A stretch of 64,000 nt of DNA from Octopus sinensis (lineage: Eukaryota), in the NCBI RefSeq assembly GCF_006345805.1, contig NC_042999.1, positions 1,178,001 through 1,242,000 on the forward strand, read 5' to 3'. Within the stretch, counting starts at the first letter, position 1, and each line of letters starts with the position of its first letter. The translations under genes and the position numbers were made by a program. Below, one piece after another: positions 50,203-62,088 of this stretch. The notes below the pieces were generated by a model. It saw nothing but the letters and a program-made list of their open reading frames with translations. It did no database searches and was not told where the DNA came from.

Positions 50203-50263
50203 ATTTGTTTCAGTCATTTGACTGTGGCCATGCTGGAGCACCACCTTTAGTCGAACAAATCGA
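50203..50263 (-). mobile_element. SINE 3' fragment with CR1-type tail
   Basis: The reverse strand reads GGTGCTCCAGCATGGCCACAGTCAAATGACTGAAACAA. Confidence 0.6.
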
Positions 50264-50839
50264 GATTTTTTCTAGAATTGAGGACGTTTCGTCTACATCC
50301 GCGTTTACAATGCGATCGAAGATAGAACACTAGATAATGGGTATTAACATCTTTTCTCTTTTCAAAGAACATATTTCTCCAGCGTTCGCTATTTTACCCT
50401 CGTTCTGGTCTAACGACCCTCCATGTTTGTTTTCGTTCGGTCTCCACTGTCCTATTTTTGTTCCCAACTTTGACTCTCCATAAATCCCAAATATTATTTT
50501 GGTACTTATGGGAGCAACTGTCTTCGAAGACTCATATTGTTGTTCAGTGCTCGAAATGAGGAGTAGATAGAGAGCCGGCAACTGACGAAGGGTCATTCTT
50601 TGTGTTACTTGTCCTGTTTTCCATTTGTTTCTCTCGTTGTTTGCGTATTGAACTCATTTGTTTTCGTATTTCACGTTGTTTACTGTTGGTGACGTCCTGT
50701 ACCCATATATGCATATGTATATATGTAAATGTAAAAAATTACAGACTGGGACAAGAACGTGAAACATTTAGAGAACGATACAAAAAACACGGCCTTCAAT
50801 CTTCAGTCAAGAACCGGATCATCTTCGCAATTTCGGCTG

Positions 50840-50931
<92 letters not shown>

Positions 50932-51539
50932 TGTACATAAATATACATATATATATATGTATATATATATATATATGTATATTATTTATATATATATATA
51001 TACATATGAAGTTATTGTTGCTCATTTTCTCTTCCTTTCGTATACGAAACCTCGTAACTTTCTGTGTTGGTTCTAAATTCTAGAGGAAATATGTAGAAAT
51101 AACTTAAAAACTAAATAACTGTACATTTTTCCAAGACTTCCAACGATCCAATGAATTATGAAATTATCCTCTACACTAACTACCATCAAATCAGTCCAAT
51201 TTGTATCCCACCCACAAAACTAAGTGTATGCCTAATCAAAACAAATCAATGTTATCTTCTAAACTAATATAAAATGCTTGTCTGGAAATATGAAAACAAA
51301 ATTCTACATTTACTGTCTAATAGACTCTGAGACAAACAAGAGACTAGCGTGACCATTATTTAAGATTTAATGCGAAAAACAATGGCGAATTACAAGTGTA
51401 TCGGTTGTAAATAACTTTGCATGACAAAACCATCACTGTCTTGTCTATTTCCGATTGCTTTTTCGATGTTATTTAAAAGTAAAATATTTAAATGACAGTT
51501 GCGTTCGTTTCAGCTGTTCTTGTTCTTGTTATTGTTCTA

Positions 51540-51557
51540 ATAACAATAATAATAATG

Positions 51558-51594
<37 letters not shown>

Positions 51595-51644
51595 TAATAA
51601 TGATGATGATGATGATGATGATGATGGTGATGATGATGGTGATG

Positions 51645-51684
<40 letters not shown>

Positions 51685-51699
51685 TGATTATGATGATGG

Positions 51700-51730
<31 letters not shown>

Positions 51731-51783
51731 AATGATGATGATGATGATGATTATGATAATAATAATAACAATAGCAATAATAA
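51540..51783. repeat. (AAT)n/(GAT)n compound microsatellite
   Basis: Read directly from the sequence. Confidence 0.95.
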
Positions 51784-51785
51784 TA

Positions 51786-52030
51786 GTGTTAATTGAGAAA
51801 GAAAGTAAACGATGCTGGATCATAGATATAGCATGCCCAGCTGACAACAAGGTATGCGATAAGGAAGAAAAAAAAGTTGATACATATAACAGGTTAGCTT
51901 GGGCGGTTAAGCAGTTGTTGTCGATGAAAAAGGTGGTAGTAGTACCAATAAGTGTTGGAGCCCTCAGAACAGTGTGTAAAAATCTTGAGAAGTACATGGA
52001 ATAAATAATGGCTGCAATAAGGATGGGGCA
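51786..52030 (+). pseudogene. RLE-domain 3' fragment of an R4/Dong-like non-LTR element
   Basis: CWIIDIACPADNKVCDKEEKKVDTYNRL...VVVPISVGAL, matching the IID..P.D / KE.EK..KY / IP..VGALG pattern. Confidence 0.7.
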
Positions 52031-52845
52031 CTTGCAGAAAGGATGTTTAAAGATGTTGAAGGAGACACCCTTGTTTCTAAAGGAGAATTATTCAAACTCC
52101 AAAGAATTGCTCTCAAAACATAGTTATGATGCTCTTCTACTTATTCTGCTCATGATCAAAGATGTACATATTGTCATCAATGTACATGATAACATTTCCA
52201 ATCAATTAAGATGGGAAGCCATGAGAGCCACAGCCCATCATTTAGTGTATTCCAGATATTATTTCTGCTGTTTGCTTTATTTAGCACATGTTGCATCGTG
52301 TATAATTGGTTCTAATCTCAGCACAAAGCCAGCACTTCCACCAAATCCGCTCACAAGACTTTCATCCTTCATTAGTAGTAGTACAGGTACATTTATTGTT
52401 GATTTCCGAATGCGGCAAGGTTTTCTGCGTTTAGCGAACAACACTGAAGTACCTGGACTTTCAGAAATGAACTATACAAAGTTTAAGGAAGCTAATAGCA
52501 GTCAGTGGGTGGAAGATAGAGGAGTGGGGGGAGGGGAATAAATGTAAATTAAGTAGAAATAGAAGGAGAGCAATTTCCAAATATGGAATAAGGGAATGAT
52601 TAAGTATTGAAAAAAAAAATGAGGGGGAGAAAAAATATCACGCGAAAAGACGAGTGTGGAGATGAATTTGAGAGGAAGATGCATCATATATGAAGAAGAA
52701 AAGAGGCAAAAAAAAACCGGGGGTGAAAATAGGGGAAAGAAAAGAAGGAAAGGAAAGAAAATCGTGATAAAACTATTACCAATGAGAAAATAAAATATGA
52801 ATACAACTATTAGGAGGCTATGAAAAAAGTGTGAAAATATATGGA

Positions 52846-52889
<44 letters not shown>

Positions 52890-53570
52890 AGGAAGGAAAA
52901 GAGCGAGGGTGATAGAGCGAAGTCATGTGAGAATGAAAAAATATGCTATGATGAGAATCCAACCTCATGAATTATTCATAAAATGATATTCCCTATAGAA
53001 GATGTTGTTTGTTGCGTTCATTTTTTTTTTTCAGAAAAAAATATAAAGAATTTAAGCATAAATATTGCCCTGAGAAGAGAAAAAAAAATCATTTTTTTTT
53101 TTTACCAAAACAATAATGTTCCCATGGCGATGGATCAGAAGAAAATGTCAGGAGCTTTAGATTTTCTCCCTGATGGCTTCCTACTTCGACACAAGACTAC
53201 ATATTTAATGACAGAAAGAGAGAGAGAAGGTGGTGAGGAATATGATTGCATGTGATATTCAAGCGTTTTCTCAAAGGTAATTAACAACATAAATGAAGTG
53301 AAATAGATTCAACCAAGAATCAAAACTACGTCACAGAATATGATCACGAAAACATTACTTTTTCTTCCAAAGTGCACAAAGAGATAATTCCCATCTTGTG
53401 ATTTTTCTAGCGTTATTTTTGTCCTAATGGTCGCAAGATCTATAAGAAAATTGTTATTTTTAGAATGATTATCGCTTATATTATAGTAAAAGCGTAGGAG
53501 TTTTTGTATCCGTCGATGGTTTTCATTCATTGCTGAATGCAGTTGTCGGTTGTCTATGTTGTATGTAAGA

Positions 53571-54750
53571 AGGAGCGTGACTCAGTGGTTAGAATATTCG
53601 GTTCACGAAGGCAGCGAGCTGGCAGAAACGTTAGCAAGCCGGGCGAGATGCTTAGGAGTATTTCATCTGCTGTTACGTTCTGAGTTCAAATTCCGCCGAG
53701 GTCGACTTTGCCTTTGCCTTTAATCCTTTCGGGGTCGATGAAATAAGTACCCATTTCTTTACTACCCACAAGGGGCTAAACACAGAGTGGAGAAACAAGT
53801 ACAGACAAACGGATTAAGTCGATTACCTCGACTCCAGTGCGTAACTGGTACTTAATTTATCGACCCCGAAAGGATGAAAGGCAAAGTCGACCTCGGCGGA
53901 ATTTGAACTCAGAACGTAGCAGCAGACGAAATACCGCTAAGCATTTCGCCCGGCGTGCTAACGTTTCTGCCAGCTCGCCGCCTTAGTACCAGATGAAATA
54001 AGTACCAGTTACGCACTGGGGTCGATATAATCGACTTAATCCGTCTGTCTGTCCTTGTTTGTCCTCTCTGTGTTTAGCCCCTTGTGGGTAGTAAAGAAAT
54101 AGGTATTTCGTCTGCCGCTACGTTCTGAGTTCAAATTCCGCCGAGGTCAACTTTACCTTTCATCTTTTCGGGGTCGATAAATTAAGTACCAGTTACGCAC
54201 TGGAGTCGATATAATCGACTTAATCCGTTTGTCTGTCCTTGTTTGTCCTCTCTGTGTTTAGTCCCATGTGGGTAGTAAAGAAATAGTTATTTCCTCTGCC
54301 GTTACGTTCTGAGTTCAAATTCCGCCGAGGTCGACTTTGCCTTTCATCCTTTCGGGGTCGATTAAATAAGTACCAGTTGCGCACTGGGGTCGATATAATC
54401 AAGTTAATCCGTTTGTCTGTCCTTGTTTGTCCCCTCTGTGTTTAGCTCCTTGTGGGTGGTAAAGAAATAGGTTAGAATATTCGGTTCACGATTGTAAGGT
54501 CGTCAGTTCGATACCCGGTGGCACATTGACGTAAAGCCAGATACTTTTTTTTTCTTTTTTTCACATTGCTCCAGACCACTCAGCTGGCAAAATTAAGTCG
54601 AACCTGCCCGTATTTCAACGAGCCAGCGTTATTACATTGTTTTATGCTGAAATCTCCTTGATTCTGTGGAGTACCCAGCTATTTGCACGTTAATCGGATC
54701 AACTGGAACCCTCCTTGCCGTAACCGTCGACGTGCCAGTTAATTAATACT
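53571..54750 (+). mobile_element. tRNA-headed SINE of a second family, split by a SINE multimer
   Basis: Rejoining across the TSD gives GGAGCGTGACTCAGTGGTTAGAATATTCGGTTCACGATTGTAAGGTCGTCAGTTCGATACCCGG, with A and B boxes. The 3' limit is approximate. Confidence 0.6.
53609..54469 (+). mobile_element. Multimer of Tx1-tail SINEs (three + units and one nested - unit at 53753-53984)
   Basis: 22-bp outer TSD GGTTAGAATATTCGGTTCACGA (53587-53608, 54470-54491). 15-bp TSD GATGAAATAAGTACC around the inverted unit. Confidence 0.9.
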
Positions 54751-55029
54751 GAATGCAGGCCTGCCTACACACCAGCCAATCAGACAGGATGCTTCCAATG
54801 TTAAATGGGTGGCCCTGGCCATGCTAACCAATTGTGACTGGAAAAAGGTGTTGGCCTCGTTAGTTAATTAGCCCAGGCCAGGGTCTTCCTGCCCACACTG
54901 GCTGTTTGTGGATTGAATGAGATGCTCTTGTCATTAGCTGATTAATCCTCGCCCATCTCGGCTTAATCAGAATTTCAACTCAGGATGCAAATAAACAGAA
55001 TAGATAGCACGAGACAACTCGTCTGATCC

Positions 55030-55049
55030 GCTAGTATTTCTGTCCATTT

Positions 55050-55084
<35 letters not shown>

Positions 55085-55168
55085 TATTATCATTATCATC
55101 ATCGTCATCATCGTTGTCGTAATCATCTTCATCATCACCATCATCATCACCATTATCATCATCATCAT

Positions 55169-55200
<32 letters not shown>

Positions 55201-55230
55201 CCACCACCACCACCACCACCCTATCACCAC

Positions 55231-55281
<51 letters not shown>

Positions 55282-55450
55282 TTAACATCCGTTTTTCCAT
55301 GATGACATGTGTTGGACGGTTTGACGCGTGCTGGCCAGCCGTACTACTGAGCCAAGCTCCAAGTGTCTGCTTTGGCACGGCTTCTACCCCTGGCCACCCT
55401 TCCTAACGCCAACCACTTTACTGGGTGTTTTGTTTTTACGTTGCTCCAGC
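55030..55450 (-). mobile_element. RTE-tailed short element with an expanded (GAT)n tail
   Basis: (CAT)n, then TTTAACATCCGTTTTTCCATG...GTTGGACGG. Confidence 0.65.
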
Positions 55451-55904
55451 ACCAATGTTATTCACATGGAACTATCATCCACGAAATATAAAACCAAGTA
55501 AGTTCTCATAAAGGATTTGCAACAATAAAATTGACTAAATACCTTTCCTAACTTCTCCTCATCACCATTTTTATATCTCTTCCCAGCTCCATCACGACAA
55601 CTCTCGTTTTCTCTCCTAAAATTTGAGTAGACATTTAGCCCCTCTGCAGCAAGAAACCTATTTTGCTTTGGGCCCTTCCTTCATATTTTAAGCCCTCATC
55701 TCCTAGCGTTTGGTAATACATCTCAGGTTTAGTAGTCTTTTGCTAGTGCCACAGAAAAATGGGCACCCAGTAGATGGTGTAAAGTGTTTGACATTAGGAA
55801 GGGCATCCAGGCATACCAGTTATACCAAAGCTGTCCCTGGAATATGATGCTGTCCTTGGACCCAGCAGATCCTGGAAAACTGTCCAATCAATTTTGGCAT
55901 TAAA

Positions 55905-56422
55905 TGCTGATGATGATGATGGTGATAATGATGATGATGACGATGATGATGACGACGACGATGATGATGACAATGACGACGACGATAATGATGATGACAC
56001 TGATGACTACAATGATGATGACGACGCTGATGATGACGATGATGATGATGATGATGACGACGATGATGATGATGACGACGATGATGATGATGACGACGAT
56101 GATGATGATGACGACGATGATGATGACAACGGTGACATGTTAATGAGGATAATGATGGTGATAACATCGATGACGATGACGGTGATGGTGATGATAACGA
56201 CGACGATGACGGTGATGATGATGATGATGATAACGACGATGATGATGATGATGATGGATGATGATGACGATGATGACAACGGTGAAATGTTAATGAGGCT
56301 AATGATGGTGATGACATCGATGACGATGATGACGACGGTGATGGTGATGACAACGATGATGATAATGATGATGACGACGACGACGATGACGATGACGATG
56401 ATGACGATGATGATGATATAAA
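55905..56422. repeat. (GAT/GAC)n cryptic trinucleotide repeat with an ~150-bp internal duplication
   Basis: GACAACGGTGAxATGTTAATGAGG...ACATCGATGACG appears near 56125 and 56275. Confidence 0.9.
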
Positions 56423-56753
56423 CATAACGAAAATTAGTGCAGTAGAAAGTAGAGCGTGAGAAAATGTATGAGGATGACTAAGAAAGAGGATTAACGGAGG
56501 TCAATGTACTTTGGTGAAAGATTAGAGAGAGAGAAAATAAAGATTCCGATTGACAATGGATTTCTATGTTCTAGCTCAGCTTTATTGATTATGTTGATCT
56601 CCAATCACGTATCTTAATCAACACCTGATAATAATTGGCGATGAAACCAATCATACAAGTGCAAAACTAGTTCAATATATGTGTTAATACGTTCATAGTA
56701 AACAGTTGTTTATAATAATCCAATAGCAATGTGGTTTAACTGAGAAACATCTA

Positions 56754-57407
56754 CAGTAAATCCTCACCATATCGCGGTTCACCTATCGCGCATTCAGTGC
56801 GTCGCGGATTTTGGATCTTTTCGGTTTGAACGGCAGTTTTTAACATAATTTCTCGGTAACTAAAAAAATTTAAGCTTCGTATACTGGTAGAATGTGTTTA
56901 TAAAACATCTTTTTCTCTTGGCTTTATTGAGAGATATTCTATAGTTTGTAAGATATTTGTTGTTTTTTTCTTCAATTTCTGCAATTTCAACCAATCACTG
57001 ACGTCTATTGAGGTAAAAAACATTCTATGCCGTATGAATATGTCCCTCGTTTAAGAAACAGATTGGATTTATTTACATTTGTGAAGAAAAAAATATACCC
57101 TTCCCCCACACCTAACCCTAACCCTAACTAACCCTAATCCTAAAACAGATTGAAATGCAATAGATCGATACTAGGGTCATAATTATGGGTGGCAATTTCC
57201 TATGACACCGCTAGAAAAAACTATCGTTCAAACCGAAAAGATCCCGGATTTTTTCTGGCTAATGTATGTAAATTTATATCGCGGACTCTTCAGTATATCG
57301 CGGGTTTCTGCGGCCGATAAGTATTTATATTTCTTTTTTTTTTAGTTTTTAATTATTTCCGTGGGAGGTTTTGGAACGTAACACGTGCGATAGTCGAGGG
57401 ATTGCTG
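56754..57407. mobile_element. pogo/Tigger-like MITE
   Basis: CAGTAAATCCTCACCATATCGC / GCGATAGTCGAGGGATTGCTG, flanked by TA. Confidence 0.7.
56813..57244. mobile_element. MITE with 8-bp TSD (Merlin- or hAT-like) containing CCCTAA repeats
   Basis: TIRs GGATCTTTTCGGTTTGAACG / CGTTCAAACCGAAAAGATCC. TSD CGGATTTT at 56805-56812 and 57245-57252. Confidence 0.8.
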
Positions 57408-57497
57408 TACTTAGATCCCTATTAGAGGAACGGTTTGCATTTAGAGAGAAACAAAGGAAAGGAGAGATAATATGTTATAATGGTATTTGGTGCAGTT

Positions 57498-57731
57498 CAA
57501 GGCATCGAGCTGGCAGAAACGTTAGCACGCCGGGCGAAGTGCTTAGCGGTATTTCGTCTGCCGTTATGTTCTGAGTTCAAATTCCTCCGAGGTCGACTTT
57601 ACCTTTCATCCTTTCGGGGTCGATAAATTAAGTACCTGTTACGCACAGGGGTCGATGTAATCGACTTAATTTGTTTGTCTGTCCTTGTTTGTCCTCTCTG
57701 TGTTTAGCCCCTTGTGGGTAGTAAAGAAATA
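57498..57731 (+). mobile_element. Full-length Tx1-tail SINE
   Basis: Head, core and tail are present. TSD G(G/A)TATTTGGTGCAGTT at 57482-57497 and 57732-57747. Confidence 0.92.
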
Positions 57732-57949
57732 GATATTTGGTGCAGTTAAACCTTTACCGGACCAAACCATTTTCATAAGTTTTCCCCCAAAAGATCCGTT
57801 CTGAAAACAGATATTAACCAATTGCACAAACCAAGGAGATGTTAGGGGAGCAAGATACGTAGCGCATTGCTCTACACTGGAAGACACGCCCACCACAACA
57901 GAATTGAAATCCTAAAACCAAAGTGCTTCACAAAAAGCATTGACGTGGG

Positions 57950-58165
57950 TGCTGATGCCACGTAAAACCTCTGGTGATGGTACCACGTAAAAAGCAGCCA
58001 GCACACTCTGTAAAGTGGTTGGCGTTAAGAAAGACATCCAGCTATAGAGACCATGCCAAAGCAGACTATGGAACCTGGTGTAGCCCTTGACCTTACCAAT
58101 TCCTTTCAAGCTGTCCAACCCATCCATGCCAGCATAGAAAACGGACGTTGAATGTTGATGATGAT
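57950..58165 (+). mobile_element. RTE-tailed short element
   Basis: GGCGTTAAGAAAGACATCCAG...CCAACC...GCATAGAAAACGGACGTTGAATGTTGATGATG. Confidence 0.65.
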
Positions 58166-58654
58166 TATGACATAATTTTAACTTTTCCTGACCAAATAAA
58201 TTATTTATGCTAATTAGTCAATGGGGGGGGGATTTCTAATCTTCTAGTGCAAAATATAGAGCTGCTACCTCGCTGCATATAATTCTGCATTTCAGGATGA
58301 TAAACAAATAATTAACTTTAATGAAATAATTTTCTAAATTTGATGAAGGGCTTTGCCTCAATCATCAATCAAGCAAACAACTATCTAAAAAGGCTTGTCA
58401 GTTTGCTTCATGGTCCCAGTGGATAAAATGATTGTTTTCAGGGTTTCAGCTGACCCTTACTTCAAACATTCTGAATAACATAAAGCTTTCCCTGCATAAG
58501 TCTTGAGTTTCTCTGGCGGTTTGAAAAAGTTGAGGAAGTGTTCAATATACGATGCACGGACGCCAGGAAAATGTCGTGTATCAAATATTGCTTTCAATTT
58601 TGGCACAAGGCCAGTAATTTCAGGTAAAAGAGGTAAATCAATCACCTGGTATTT

Positions 58655-58770
58655 ATTTTATTGACCTCGAAAGGATGAAAGGCAAAGTCGACCTCGGCGG
58701 AATTTGAACTCAGAACGGTAAGACCAGCAAAATGCCGCGAAGCATTTTGCCCTGCGTCGTCACGATTCTG
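58655..58770 (-). mobile_element. Partial Tx1-tail SINE (head and core)
   Basis: CGAAAGGATGAAAGGCAAAGTCGACCTCGGCGGAATTTGAACTCAG. Confidence 0.8.
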
Positions 58771-59189
58771 CCTCACCACCTTCCATGTATTAAATATTAA
58801 CTAATTAACTCTCTAATGATCTTAACACAAAAACTAATTACTAGTTTATTAACTCTCACCGTGCTAATTAAATTTTGCTGGTGATGTAATTGGCTAATCA
58901 TATGCAAATCAGTTCACGCAATTTTCTTCTATTGGTCCGCAAAAATAACATTTGAATTCTACATCATATGAAATCTGGAGAATTCCAGAAAGTTCCCCCA
59001 TTGTGGAAGATGATTAAAATCTGTTTCTGTATCTCAAGTGCACGTGCACGTAATTAAGCAGATCAAATTACGATGGTTAATATGCATCGGAATCATCCAA
59101 AAGAATAGTAAATAAATTTAGTGATCGTTAAAAACAGAGAGTGAAGATAATACAAGATGATAAATAAGTCATCACCATCATCATTTACT

Positions 59190-59923
59190 TATTTCTTTAC
59201 TACCCACAAGGGGCTAAACACAGAGTGGACAAACAAGGACAGACAAAGGGATTAAGTCGATTACATCGACCCCAGTGCGTAACTGGTACTTATTTAATCA
59301 ACCCAGAAAGGAAGAAAGGCAAAGTCGACCTCGGCGGAATTTGAACTCAGAACGTAGCGACAGACGAAATACTGCTAAGCATTTCGCCCGGCGTGCTAAC
59401 GTTTCTGCCAGCTCATCATCATTTACCGTCCGAAGTCGACTTTGCCTTTTATCCTTTCCGGAGTAGATTAAATAAGTACCAGTTACGCACTGGGGTCGAT
59501 ATAATCGACTTAATCCGTTTGTCTGTCCTTCTTTATCCTCTCTGTGTTTAACCCCTTGTGGGTAGTAAAGAAATAGGTATTTCATCTGCCGCTACGTTCT
59601 GAGTTTGCTTTGCTTTTCATCCTTTTGGGGTCGATTAGATAAGTACCAGTTGTACATTAGGGTCGATATAATCGACTCAATCCGTTTGTCTGTCCTTGTT
59701 TGTCCCCTATGTGTTTAACCCCTTGTGGGTAGTAAAGAAATAGGTATTTCGTCTGCCGTTACGTTCTGAGTTCAAATTCCGCCAAAGTCGACTTTGCCTT
59801 TCATCATTTCGGGGTCAATTAAATAATAAGTACCACTTACGCACTGGGGTCGATGCAATCGACGTAATGTCTGTCCTTGTTTTGTCTCCTCTATGTTTAG
59901 CCCCTGTGGACAATAAAGAAATA
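59190..59923. mobile_element. SINE cluster: one - unit (59190-59413, TSD CATCATCATTTAC) followed by three tandem + units
   Basis: Junctions AAAGAAATA|GGTATTTC at 59576 and 59743. Confidence 0.88.
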
Positions 59924-60209
59924 AAAATTTAATTAAAATGAAGGCGGGGAGATGGCAGAATCGTTAGCACAGCGGGCAAAATGTTTAGCAGCATCTCAAC
60001 CGTCTTTACGTTCCGAGTTCAAGTTCCGCTGAGGTCGACTTTGGCTTTCATTTCTTCGGAGTCGATAAAATAAATATCAAACAATGTGATCGATGTAGTC
60101 GATTCAGGGCGCTGAACCTTTTGTGCAAGGTAACAAACGACCGAGATGCCTGGCACCCTGTTGTACTCAAGAAAACCCGAACTCCGTATCAGAAATGTTA
60201 AGACCGGTC

Positions 60210-60472
60210 CCTATGGTGGTGTAAAGCACTTGTGGAAATGCTACGTAAAAGAACCCGTAAAGTGCCACGTAAAAGCGAGCGTGCAGTGCCTCTTAAAAGC
60301 ACCCAGCACACTCTGTAAAGTGTTGGCGTTAGGAAGGACATCCAGTCGTAGAAACCATGCCAAATCAGACCGGAGTCTGGAGTTTGCCAGCTCTGGTCAA
60401 ACCATCCAATCCATGACCGAATGGACAACGGACGTTAAATTATGATGATGATTATGATGATGATGATGATAA
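60210..60472 (+). mobile_element. RTE-tailed short element
   Basis: GGCGTTAGGAAGGACATCCAG...GGACAACGGACGTTAAATTATGATGATG. Confidence 0.65.
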
Positions 60473-61047
60473 TGTATGTATGCTTGTTTTATTATATCGC
60501 ATCGTATCATATCGTATCTGATCATATTATATCCTAGTATACGTATATCATATGATATGATATCATATCATATCACAACATATGGTGTTATATTATATCA
60601 TATTATAGTACGTTGAAGGTAAAAAGGTGTAACTAATGTACCTAAATCAGAGCCAGAAGATACATCCTTATTTGATAAAACGATCGAGAATTTCTCCGCA
60701 AGAAATCATTACATAGAAACTTTTCGATCCATGAATTCTGCATGGATTCCCAGAAGTTCAGTCTGACACTACGTGAAGAGAAAACATTCTGTAGAATTAA
60801 TGACAAAATTGAATTCTCAATAATATTCCTTTTAATATGACAATTTATCCAAATTTGAATTTATTAAATAGCAAAATTAAATTACAGTTGTTCATATTGA
60901 ATTTAAATTATGACCCGTGGGTTAAATATTTTCTACTTCTTCTTCTTCTTCTTCTGCAGTAAAGGGCCCTAAAACCAGAATAGCCACATCGCATACTGGT
61001 TATCATACTTTGCTGTAGAAATGGTGAATAGAAGGTGATTCCTGTTA

Positions 61048-61610
61048 ACGAGGTGGTATCAAAAGGTTCGCGGACTTGTTATGTTTAATACAAAATATCT
61101 TATTTACCCAAAGTTTTAACATCATCTTCGAAATAGTCACCTTGCGCAGTAATACACCGGTCCCGGTGTTCCTGCCATTTTTGGAATCCGGCCTGAATGT
61201 CGTTTGCCGTAAGCGAGTCGAGGACCTTTTGCGATTCACTCCGGATCTCGACATCAGCTGTGTTCAAAAGGTAACATTTAAGGTGCATTTTCATCTTGAG
61301 GAAGAGATGGAAGTCCATAGGTGCTAAATCTGGAGTATAAGACATATACTGAAGCGATACCATGTTTTTGCTGAGAAACTCACGAGTGAGGAAACCTCAG
61401 TAACAGGATGCATTGTCGTTGCAAAAAATCTAATTCTTCGTGCTCCACAGACCCGGTCGCTTTCGCCGAATGCCCTCAATCAAACGCTTCAAAACTCACG
61501 ACTGACGCTCTGGCCCTGGGGGACTTCCGTGGTGACACTCGTGACAGGTTTTCCAGATGGCTCATCGTCTTTCAGAGAGACGTCCTCCGCTTTTGAAGCG
61601 CCCATACCAC
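61048..61610 (-). mobile_element. Internally deleted mariner fragment
   Basis: Terminal ACGAGGTGGTATCAAAAGGTTCGCGGAC; YTPDLAPMDFHLF and RCITAQGDYFE. Confidence 0.75.
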
Positions 61611-61862
61611 TGGAAATATTAAGTACGATCCATTGCCTTGTCGCCATAAGCTTGCCGAAGCAAATCGGCTATTAAATGACAACGATGACAATGATAAAGA
61701 TGAGGCTGGGGATAAGGACCAGAAGGAGGAAGATGATGATGACGACGACGTCGACGACGCTGCTGATGATAATGCTGATGACGATGATGATAATGGTTAT
61801 AATGGTGGAGATTATGATGATGAAGATGATGACGACGATGATATTATTATTATTATTATTAT

Positions 61863-61915
<53 letters not shown>

Positions 61916-62042
61916 TTCTGAGTACGATTCCAGGCAGTGACTGAATAATAATAATGATAATAATAATAACAACAACAACAACATGAACAACAACATTGAA
62001 AAATACCTTTGGAATGAGTACCCAGGTTTGAAATTTCCCCAA

Positions 62043-62088
62043 GACACCTGAATAAGGCTGGAGGGTATATCAGCCGAAACGTTGTGTT
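62043..62088 (+). ncRNA. Degenerate minimal hammerhead-ribozyme motif (Penelope pLTR type)
   Basis: Stem I GACAC/GTGTT, core CTGAATA (canonical CTGANGA), stem II GGCTG/CAGCC, then GAAACGTT. Confidence 0.5.

Noticed and set aside
50330-50830. Penelope GIY-YIG fragment or hammerhead
   Set aside because: CTGACGA is present, but I could not find a matching stem II plus GAAA or convincing protein motifs. Left as an unclassified repeat.
52008-52541. 177-aa ORF as a host gene exon
   Set aside because: It has no recognisable domain or splice context, and its start overlaps the R4-like relic.
55820-56425. Poly-Asp, poly-Ser and poly-His ORFs (also 51455-52004, 61633-62100, 48869-49789)
   Set aside because: They are microsatellite translations open in several frames, with no splice or domain support.
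57111-57143. True telomere
   Set aside because: It is only a few degenerate CCCTAA units, inside a TIR/TSD-bounded MITE.
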